This document shows positions 57,101-64,000 of a stretch of 64,000 nucleotides of DNA, piece after piece. The stretch's first letter is position 1, and each line of letters begins with the position of its first letter. The notes under the pieces are model-generated. The model was given only the letters and a program-made list of their open reading frames with translations. It did not search any database and had not been told where the DNA came from. The position numbers and the translations under genes are program-made. The DNA is taken from positions 1,033,017 through 1,097,016 of the forward strand of contig CAVUIM010000004.1 of assembly GCA_963741665.1 (NCBI GenBank), in the 5' to 3' direction. The stretch is from an uncultured Acidobacteriota bacterium. Lineage in GTDB: Bacteria; Acidobacteriota; Vicinamibacteria; Vicinamibacterales; UBA2999.

Positions 57101-57238
57101 CGAGCGGGTCTCGGTGGTGCGCGCGATCTTGAGGGCCCGCACCTGGGCCTGCGCCGGCCCGAGGTCGAACCCCAGCACCGACACGGCGGCGCCGCCGAGC
57201 GTGGACGCTTTCAGGAACTGTCGCCGGCCGGGATCCAT
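54155..57238 (-). CDS. fdnG: formate dehydrogenase catalytic (alpha) subunit, molybdopterin enzyme, Tat-exported, selenocysteine-containing (TGA at 56654..56656 read as Sec)
   Basis: ORFs 56654..57238 and 54155..56641 are in the same frame, separated only by TGA. The junction reads QQARI-U-HGPTVASLAATFGRGAMTNGW. Tat signal MDPGRRQFLKAS; Fe-S motif CPYCSVSCG...C. Total 1027 codons. Confidence 0.9.
56618..56653 (-). promoter_or_regulatory. SECIS-like hairpin immediately 3' of the fdnG UGA
   Basis: The mRNA reads UGA CAC GGC CCC ACGGUGGCC-AGUCU-GGCCGCCACGU. It closely parallels E. coli fdhF UGACACGGCCCAUCGGUUGCAGGUCUGCACC (recalled sequence). Confidence 0.5.
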
Positions 57239-57283
57239 GGCGGTTGAGCGGGGATGCTAGCACGGCGCGGCGGCCGTCCGCCT

Positions 57284-57306
57284 TCGATATAGACAACCTA
57301 TATCGA
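57284..57306. promoter_or_regulatory. perfect AT-rich inverted repeat TCGATATAG-N5-CTATATCGA in the fdnG/padR divergent region (candidate operator)
   Basis: Direct reading. It lies 46 nt upstream of the fdnG start (57238, -) and 22 nt upstream of the padR ATG (57328, +). It stands out against GC-rich flanks. Confidence 0.6.
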
Positions 57307-57327
57307 GTTCAGGTATCGTCGTGCGCC

Positions 57328-57657
57328 ATGAGTCCCGCGCTCGATCTCGTCAAGGGCACACTGGCGTTGCTGATCCTTCGCACCTTGGAGCTGGAGCCGC
57401 GCCACGGCGTGGCCATCGCCGATCGCATCGGCCAGATCACCCGCGGCACGTTCCAGGTGAAGGCCGGATCGCTCTTTCCGGCGCTGCATCGGCTCGAGCA
57501 GGACGGCGCGATCGCCGGCGAGTGGTCGGTGTCGGACGGCGGACGCCGCACCAAGGCCTACCGCCTGACCGCGGCAGGCCGGCGGCAACTGGCCGCGGAG
57601 AAGCGGGACTGGGCGAGGGTGGTCGAGGCCATGGGCCTCGTGCTCGACAGCGAGTAG
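57328..57657 (+). CDS. PadR-family transcriptional regulator
   Basis: VKGTLALLILRTLELEPRHGVAIADRIGQITRGTFQVKAGSLFPALHRLEQDGAIAGEW...RRTKAYRLTAAGRRQL is the canonical PadR wHTH. 109 aa. Confidence 0.9.
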   Translation: MSPALDLVKGTLALLILRTLELEPRHGVAIADRIGQITRGTFQVKAGSLFPALHRLEQDGAIAGEWSVSDGGRRTKAYRLTAAGRRQLAAEKRDWARVVEAMGLVLDSE

Positions 57658-57660
57658 CCG

Positions 57661-60325
57661 GTGAGGGCGTGGGCACGGCTTCGTGGCGGGTGGCGCACCT
57701 TGGCCGGCGGACGCCGAGTGGACGCGGAGCTCGATGCCGAGCTCGACGACTACGTCGAGCGGCTGGTCGAGCGCCGGATCGCGGCCGGGGCCAGCCCGTC
57801 GGCGGCGCGCCGCGCAGTACTGGTGGAGATGGGGGGCGTCGAACCGGTCAAGGAACGGGTGCGGGAGGTGCGCATGGGACGGCTCATCGACGAGACACGG
57901 CGCGACGTCACCTATGCGTGGCGGGGGCTGCGCGTGGCGCCGGGCTTCGCCGCCGCGGCCCTGGTCACCCTGGCCCTGGGTGTCGGCGCCACCACCGCGA
58001 TCGTCAGCGTGGCGCATGCGCTGCTGGTGCAGCCGCTGCCGTTCCGGGATCCGGATCGGCTCGTGTTCGTGTGGGCGGACCAGACCGCCGAAGGCTACCC
58101 GCGCGCGCCGTTGTCCGGACCCGAACTGCTGGACCTCGACCAGCGCGCCGCGCACTTCGACGGCTTCGGCGCCATCTGGGCGACGACCGCCGCCCTCACC
58201 GGGGAGAATGATCCTGAGCAGCTGCGGGTCGGCTTCGTCACCACCGACTACTTCTCGCTCCTCGGCGCCGAGGCAGCGCTCGGCCGCACGTTCCAGCCCG
58301 ACGACGACTCGCTCGCCGCGCCGACGACGATCCTGCTGAGCCACGCGGTGTGGCAACGCCGCTACGGCGCCGACCCCGGCGTCGTTGGCCGGGCGATCGA
58401 CGTCAACGGCCGGCCCACCACGGTCGTCGGCGTGATGCCGGCCGGCTTCCGGCTGCTGATGCCGCCCGACGCCGCCGTGCCCGACGACCTCGAGGCGTGG
58501 CAGCCGCTGAATCGACGCTTCCCCGACGGACCGCGGGGACAGCGTTACCTGCGCGTGATCGGACGGATGCGGCCGGGCGTGGCGGTCGCCGATGCCGTCG
58601 CCGACGTCGGCCGCGTCGGCCGCGAGATCTCGGCCGCGCATGCTTTCTACGGAACGGCCGGGCGGCAGTTCGAAACCGTGCCGCTCCACGTCGACGCCAC
58701 CCGCGACGTGCGCCGGCCGCTGGTGGCGCTGTCGATCGCCGCCGCCCTCCTGCTGCTCATCGCCTGCGTCAACGTCGGCAGCCTGCTGGTCGCGAGGGCC
58801 GCCGCCCGCGCTCGCGAGACGGCGGTGAAGGCCGCGCTCGGCGCCGGTACCCGGACGGCTGGTGCGACAACACGTGGTCGAGTCACTCGTGCTGGGCGCC
58901 GCCGGCGCCGCGCTCGGCCTGCTGCTCGCCCGCTGGGGCCTCGCGGCATTGCTGGCGGCGACCCCCGACGCCCTCAGCCGCCTGCGCATGGCGACGGTCG
59001 ACTGGCGCGTCGCCGCGCTCGCCGTGCTGACGATGCTGGTCTGGATCGTGCTGCTGGCGGCGGCGCCGATCGCCGCGACGCGCCGCCTGGGTACGGCCCG
59101 CGCGCTGCAGCAGGACGGCCGGCGCGCCGGCGGCGGGCGGCAGCGTCTGCGCGCCGGACTCACCGTGGCGCAAGTCGCCCTGAGTGTCGTGCTGGTCGTC
59201 GGCGCGCTGCTGCTCGTGCGCACGGTCCAGCAGGTGCAGCAGGTGAACCCGGGCTTCGACGCCACTGGCGTGCTGTCGTTCCGGGTGGCCCTGCCCGGCT
59301 CACGCTATCCGAACCAGGACGCCTTCAACGCGTTCTCGCGCCGGATGCAGGAGGCCCTCGCCGCGCTGCCTGGCGCGACGGCCGCGTCGGCGGTGAGTCA
59401 TGCGCCGTACGATCACGTGCCCAACTGGGGAGGGCCCTACCTCGCCAGCGAAGGGGCGGATCCGTCGACGGCGCCGCAGGCGGACTATCGGGCCGTTGCG
59501 CCTGGTCTGATGGAGCTGCTCGGCGTGAGGCTGGTCGAAGGACGCACCTTCACCGAGACCGACGACCACCACAGCACGCCGGTGACGATCGTCGACGAGC
59601 GGCTCGCCCGGCGGACGTGGCCGGGCGCCTCGGCACTGGGCCGTCGGCTGGCGGTGGATCCCGCCGTGTCGGGCGAACCGTCGACGTGGACGACGGTGGT
59701 CGGCGTGGTCCGGCACCTGCGACATCGCAGCCCCGTCGAAGAGGTCCGCGATCAGGTCTACTTCCCCGAGCGGCAGATTCCACGTAACCCGGCGGTCTAC
59801 GTCATCCGGACCGGCGGCGATCCCGACGCCCTGGTCGGCCCGGTGCGCGACGCCGTTCGGGCCCTCGACCCGGCGTTGCCGATCTACGACCTGCGTCGCC
59901 TCGACGCCTACGTCGCCGAGGCGCAGGCGCTGCGCCGCTTCACGGCGGTACTCGCCGTGCTCTTCGCGATCGCGGCGCTGGCGCTCGCCTCGGTCGGCAT
60001 CTACGGCGTCGTCGCTTACTCGGTGACCGAGCGCCATCGGGAGTTCGGCGTCCGGCTCGCACTCGGCGCTCGCGCCGGCCAGGTGCTCACGCTGGTGGTG
60101 CGAGAGGGCGTGGTCCTGGCCGCCGCCGGTCTTGCCGTCGGCCTCGCCGCTGCCGCCACGGCCGCGGCGTGGCTGCGCAGTCAGCTCTACGGCGTCACGC
60201 CGTGGGATCCGGTGAGCCTGGGCGCCACACTGCCGATCCTGATCGTGGCCGCGCTGCTGGCGTGTGCCGTGCCCGGCCTGCGCGCTGTGCGGACCGATCC
60301 GGCCGAGGCGCTGCGGGGTGACTAG
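57661..60325 (+). pseudogene. ADOP-family duplicated FtsX/MacB-like permease (PadR-associated), +1 frameshift at GGTACC 58846..58851
   Basis: The first frame (ORF 57661..) runs through RETAVKAALGAG. The second frame (ORF 58862..60325) continues RLVRQHVVESLVLGAAGA...TERHREFGVRLALGA...LRAVRTDPAEALRGD. One extra base in GCC G GTA CCC. Confidence 0.85.
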
Positions 60326-60334
60326 AGCTGCGTG

Positions 60335-60372
60335 GGGAACAGGGAACAGGGAACAGGGAACAGGGAACAGGA
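60335..60372 (+). repeat. heptanucleotide tandem array (GGGAACA)x5 plus partial unit
   Basis: Direct reading. Same unit as the 16972..17027 array but on the opposite strand. It begins 10 nt after the ADOP stop and lies 96 nt before the next ATG. Confidence 0.97.
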
Positions 60373-60452
60373 CGAGCGGATCACGCCGTCACGCTGTCGC
60401 GGTGTCGATGAGCATCAGGGGCGAGCCGCCAGAGGACGCCCAGGGCGGGACG

Positions 60453-60458
60453 TATAAT
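60453..60458 (+). promoter_or_regulatory. perfect TATAAT hexamer 10 nt upstream of the kinase ATG (possible near-leaderless promoter)
   Basis: cgTATAATcgccgctcaATG. No SD-like purine run between the hexamer and the ATG; no clear -35. Confidence 0.3.
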
Positions 60459-60467
60459 CGCCGCTCA

Positions 60468-63089
60468 ATGACGCTGGCGCCCGGAACGCGGCTCGGTCCA
60501 TACCAAGTCGCGGGTCCGTTGGGTGCGGGCGGCATGGGCGAGGTCTACGCCGCCAGGGACACACGGCTCGAGCGCAGCGTGGCGATCAAGGTGCTGCCGC
60601 GGGAGTTCAGTGACGACGCCGGCCGGCGGGCGCGCTTCGAACGGGAAGCGGCGGCCATCGCCTCCCTCTCGCATCCCAACATCTGCACGCTGCACGACGT
60701 CGGCGATCACGACGGCACGATGTTCCTGGTCATGGAGAAGCTCGACGGCGCCACGTTGGCGGCGCGGCTGGTGCAAGGACCGATGACACCGGACGAGGCG
60801 ATCACCTGCGCGATCCAGATTGCTGAAGGCCTGGCCTTCGCGCATCGCGCCGGGGTCGTGCATCGGGACCTGAAGCCGGCCAACGTGATGCTCACGAAGA
60901 CCGGGGCCAAGCTGCTCGACTTCGGTCTGGCCAAGGTCGCCAGCGGCGTCGCCGAGTCTCCGACGGCCACGGCGCTCACGGTCCACGGCGAGATTCTCGG
61001 CACCCTGCCCTACATGGCCCCAGAACAGCTGCAGGGCCACGACGTCGATGCCCGTGCCGACATCTTCGCGTTCGGCGCCATGCTCCACGAGATGGTCACC
61101 GGTCAGCGTGCCTTTACGGGTTCCAGCCAGGCGTCGCTGATCGGGGCGATTCTGCATTTCGAGCCGCCTCGCGTCACGCGGGTGGCACCCGGCGCGCCAC
61201 CCGCGCTCGATCGGCTCGTCGCGGTGTGCCTGGCGAAGGATCCCGCCAATCGATGGTCGACGGCCGGCGACGTGCTGCTGCAGCTGAAGGGCCTGGCGGG
61301 CAGCACCGCGGTCGACGAACGGGTGGCGCCAGGTGCCCGGACTGCCGGCTGGACGGCGCGCCTCGCCTGGCCGCTGGCGGCGCTGGGTCTGGTCACGGCC
61401 AGCGTGCTCGGCGGACTGCTCGCGACCCGACCGCTCGAACCGCCGGCCCCGAGCGACGTGCTGTCGATCATGCCGCCGCAGGACTCGACGTTCAGACGCG
61501 GCGAGGCTCCACAGATCTCGCCGGATGGCCGGTATCTGGCGTTCTCGTCGACGGATCCCGGAGGGACCAGAGGGCTCTACATCCGCAGCCTTGACCTGGC
61601 GACGCCTCGCTTCCTGCCTGGCACCGAGAACGGATCGCAGCCCTTCTGGTCGCCTGACAGCCGCATGCTGGGCTTCTTCGCCGACGGGCAGTTGAAGACC
61701 GTCGCGATCGCCGGGGGAGCACCCACGGTTCTGGCCCGGGTGGGTCTCCCGCGCGGTGGCGCCTGGAGCAAGGACAACCTGATCCTGTTCGCGCAGCGTC
61801 CCAATGCCTCGCTGGTCTTCGTTCCGGCCAGCGGAGGAGAGCCGACCTCCGTGCCGGCGCCGGCCAAGGCGGGGATTCCTGGCTTCCCGTCGTTTCTGTC
61901 GGACGGCCGTCACTACCTCTTCACGGAACTGAGCGAGGAGAACCGCCAGGTCGAGAGCCTCGCGCTCGGTTCTCTCGACGCTCCGGAGACGCGACGTCTC
62001 GTCGCCACCACGTCGAGCGGCATGGCGGCGTCGGGCCATCTGCTCTACCGGCGGAACACGACGCTGTTCGCGCAGCCGTTCGATGAAGAGAGCCTGCAGC
62101 TGAGCGGGGAGCCAGTGGCCATCGCCGAGGACGTAGGTTTCAACCCGGTGACGTTCCAGGCGCTGTTCTCGGTGTCGAACACCGGCGTGCTGGCGTACCG
62201 CGACGCGGCGCCTGGAGCAGAGCTGGTCTGGTTCAGCCGTTCGGGACAACGGCTAACGACCGTCGGGCCGCCTGGAGAGTTCAATTCCTTGTGCATGACG
62301 CCCGACGGGCGCCGCGTCGTCTACGAACAGGCCGACCCCGCCAGCGGGAACATCGACCTGTGGACGATGGATCTCGCCAGCGCGGCGACCACCCAGCTCA
62401 CGTTTGCGGGCCCGGTCGAGTTCTACCCGGTGTGCGCGCCGAATAGCCGGGACATCGTGCTGGCCGCGCTCAAACCGGCCCAACCCAATCTGTTCACGCA
62501 AAGCCTCTACACGCCGGGCCAGATGGCGTTGCTGTTCGAATCGCCCTTCGCCAAGATCCCCACGGACTGGTCGCGGGACGGCACGCAGCTGATCTTCTCG
62601 GTGCTCAATCCCGCCACCGGCTGGGACGTGGCGGCGCTGTCGTTGCCAACCAGCCAACCCCGGCCGCTGGTGGCAACGCCAGCCGAGGAGCGCAACGCCA
62701 AGCTGTCGCCCGACGGGCGGTGGCTGGCCTATGTCTCCAACGCGGCCGGCCGCTTCGACGTCTACGTGCAGCCGATGACCGGCGGCGGCGCGAAGTGGCT
62801 GGTGTCGAGGGGTGGCGGAGTGCAGCCGCAGTGGGGCGCCGATGGCCGTCAGCTCTACTATCTGGCGCCGGATCGACGACTGATGGTCGTGGACGCACGC
62901 ACCGAGGGCGCGGTGTTCACGCCGTCGTCTCCCGTGGCGCTCATGGAGACTCGCTTCACCGAGTGGGAGACGTCGGGCGGCGTGTCCTACGTGGTGGCGC
63001 CGGACGGCAGCCGCGTGCTCGTGAACACGTCGACCGATACCGGCCGCCCTGTCTCGCTGATGCAGAACTGGCCGGCGCGGGTTCGCTGA
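60468..63089 (+). CDS. Ser/Thr protein kinase fused via one TM helix to a periplasmic TolB-like/WD40 beta-propeller
   Basis: The ATG at 60468 lies within ORF 60264..63089. GAGGMGEVYAA, AIKVL, HRDLKPANVML, DFGLAK, APEQ. TM LAWPLAALGLVTASVLGGLLA. Repeated SPDGR../WS.D propeller motifs. Confidence 0.9.
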   Translation: MTLAPGTRLGPYQVAGPLGAGGMGEVYAARDTRLERSVAIKVLPREFSDDAGRRARFEREAAAIASLSHPNICTLHDVGDHDGTMFLVMEKLDGATLAARLVQGPMTPDEAITCAIQIAEGLAFAHRAGVVHRDLKPANVMLTKTGAKLLDFGLAKVASGVAESPTATALTVHGEILGTLPYMAPEQLQGHDVDARADIFAFGAMLHEMVTGQRAFTGSSQASLIGAILHFEPPRVTRVAPGAPPALDRLVAVCLAKDPANRWSTAGDVLLQLKGLAGSTAVDERVAPGARTAGWTARLAWPLAALGLVTASVLGGLLATRPLEPPAPSDVLSIMPPQDSTFRRGEAPQISPDGRYLAFSSTDPGGTRGLYIRSLDLATPRFLPGTENGSQPFWSPDSRMLGFFADGQLKTVAIAGGAPTVLARVGLPRGGAWSKDNLILFAQRPNASLVFVPASGGEPTSVPAPAKAGIPGFPSFLSDGRHYLFTELSEENRQVESLALGSLDAPETRRLVATTSSGMAASGHLLYRRNTTLFAQPFDEESLQLSGEPVAIAEDVGFNPVTFQALFSVSNTGVLAYRDAAPGAELVWFSRSGQRLTTVGPPGEFNSLCMTPDGRRVVYEQADPASGNIDLWTMDLASAATTQLTFAGPVEFYPVCAPNSRDIVLAALKPAQPNLFTQSLYTPGQMALLFESPFAKIPTDWSRDGTQLIFSVLNPATGWDVAALSLPTSQPRPLVATPAEERNAKLSPDGRWLAYVSNAAGRFDVYVQPMTGGGAKWLVSRGGGVQPQWGADGRQLYYLAPDRRLMVVDARTEGAVFTPSSPVALMETRFTEWETSGGVSYVVAPDGSRVLVNTSTDTGRPVSLMQNWPARVR

Positions 63090-63142
63090 CGGGCGACACG
63101 ACACCTCGGGCGACACGCCCGTCGCCAGTGTGCGCCGGCGGC

Positions 63143-63961
63143 TCATCCGGCGGCGGCGATAAGATCCTTGCGCTCGGCCTCGGTCAACGCGCGGGCGGTG
63201 CCGGCGGCGGCGTTCTCGGCCATGTAGCGCGGGTTGCCGGTCCCCGGAATCACGCACGTGACCGCTGGATGGGCGAGGACGAAGCGCAGGGCGAGCTGCG
63301 CCCAGCTCACCGCGCCGGCCTCGGCCGCCCACCCAGGCAACGGCCGGTCGCGGAGGCGGCGCAGCAGCCCGCCGCCGCCGAACGGCATGTTGACGATCAC
63401 CGCGACACCGCGGTCGCGGGCCAGCGGCAACAGCCGCTGCTCGACGGCGCGATCGTCGAGCGCGTAGTTGATCTGCAGGACGTCGAGCGCTTCGGCCTTC
63501 AGCACGGCTTCGACGTCGCCGTAGGCCGATGACGTGTAGTGCGTGATGCCCACGTAGCGCAGACGGCCCTCCGTCTTCCAGCGGCGCAACGTCGGCAGAT
63601 GCGTCCGCCAGTCGACCAGATTGTGGATCTGCATCAGGTCGATCCTCGCGGTGCGCAGCAGCGTGAAGGACTGCTCCATCTGCGCCAGCCCGGCGTCGCG
63701 ACCGCTGGTCCACACCTTGGTCGCGAGGAAGGCCGCCGGCCGCGGCGTCATCGCGCCCAGCAGCTCGCCGGTGGTCTGCTCGGCCCGCCGGTACATCGGC
63801 GAACTGTCGATCACGGCGCCCCCAGCCGCGAAGAGCGTGCGCAGCACATCGGGCAGTCGCTGGTACTCGGCGCTGCCGGGCGCGACGTCGAAGTTGATGT
63901 AGGTGCCGAGGCCGACGACGGGCAGGGCCTCGCCACTCGACGGGATCGGACGGGTGTGCAT
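63143..63961 (-). CDS. aldo/keto reductase
   Basis: LPVVGLGTY, IDSSPMYRRAE, ATKVW, DLMQIHN, GITHY, IPGTGNPRYMAEN. 272 aa. Confidence 0.9.
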   Translation of the reverse strand: MHTRPIPSSGEALPVVGLGTYINFDVAPGSAEYQRLPDVLRTLFAAGGAVIDSSPMYRRAEQTTGELLGAMTPRPAAFLATKVWTSGRDAGLAQMEQSFTLLRTARIDLMQIHNLVDWRTHLPTLRRWKTEGRLRYVGITHYTSSAYGDVEAVLKAEALDVLQINYALDDRAVEQRLLPLARDRGVAVIVNMPFGGGGLLRRLRDRPLPGWAAEAGAVSWAQLALRFVLAHPAVTCVIPGTGNPRYMAENAAAGTARALTEAERKDLIAAAG

Positions 63962-64000
63962 GCGCGGAGACGGGGGTTGGGCGAACAGCGCGGTCGTCAG

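Noticed and set aside
63091-63118. Short direct repeat CGGGCGACACG x2 downstream of the kinase-propeller gene
   Set aside because: It is only 11 nt with two copies, in a 53 bp convergent gap. It is likely part of a weak terminator hairpin (GGCGAC..GTCGCC) and not a distinct element.

Overview
High-GC (roughly 68-70% by eye) bacterial chromosomal window. By inference only, the gene content looks Acidobacteriota-like: two ADOP-type duplicated FtsX permeases (one with a PadR partner), a CarboxypepD_reg-type TonB-dependent receptor, and a Ser/Thr kinase fused to a TolB-like propeller. I support about 50 protein genes, one tRNA-Ser(GGA), and several repeat, hairpin and regulatory elements.

Main blocks:
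- 20-5871: a same-strand cluster of SRPBCC-like proteins, alpha/beta hydrolases and unknowns.
- 8910-8999: tRNA-Ser.
- 27.3-36.2 kb: a DevCBA/MacAB-like tripartite ABC exporter bracketed by two paralogous LytS/LytTR two-component systems.
- 36.4-38.6 kb: glgB.
- 41.2-43.2 kb: GT2 glycosyltransferase and epimerase.
- 48.1-51.8 kb: a methionine-pathway operon encoding a MetX-Hom fusion and a Cys/Met PLP enzyme.
- 51.8-57.2 kb: an fdnGHI-fdhE formate dehydrogenase operon. Its catalytic subunit carries an in-frame TGA (selenocysteine) that the ORF track splits in two.

Points worth a second look:
- Nine single-base +1 frameshifts, all insertions in G/C context. Four sit exactly at GGTAC/GTACC and four lie within the 3.7 kb met operon.
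- A family of G3N4 heptanucleotide tandem arrays (GGGAACA, GGGACTA, GGGACCA) at four loci.
- Two copies of an ~85-90 nt structured intergenic repeat with compensatory base changes.
- A 166 bp element with 27 bp terminal inverted repeats between convergent genes.
- A riboswitch-like leader with a clear intrinsic terminator upstream of the TonB receptor.

I found no CRISPR array, rRNA, transposase or integrase. Many long ORFs in the track are high-GC antisense shadows. Domain names are from motif recognition only; no database search was run.
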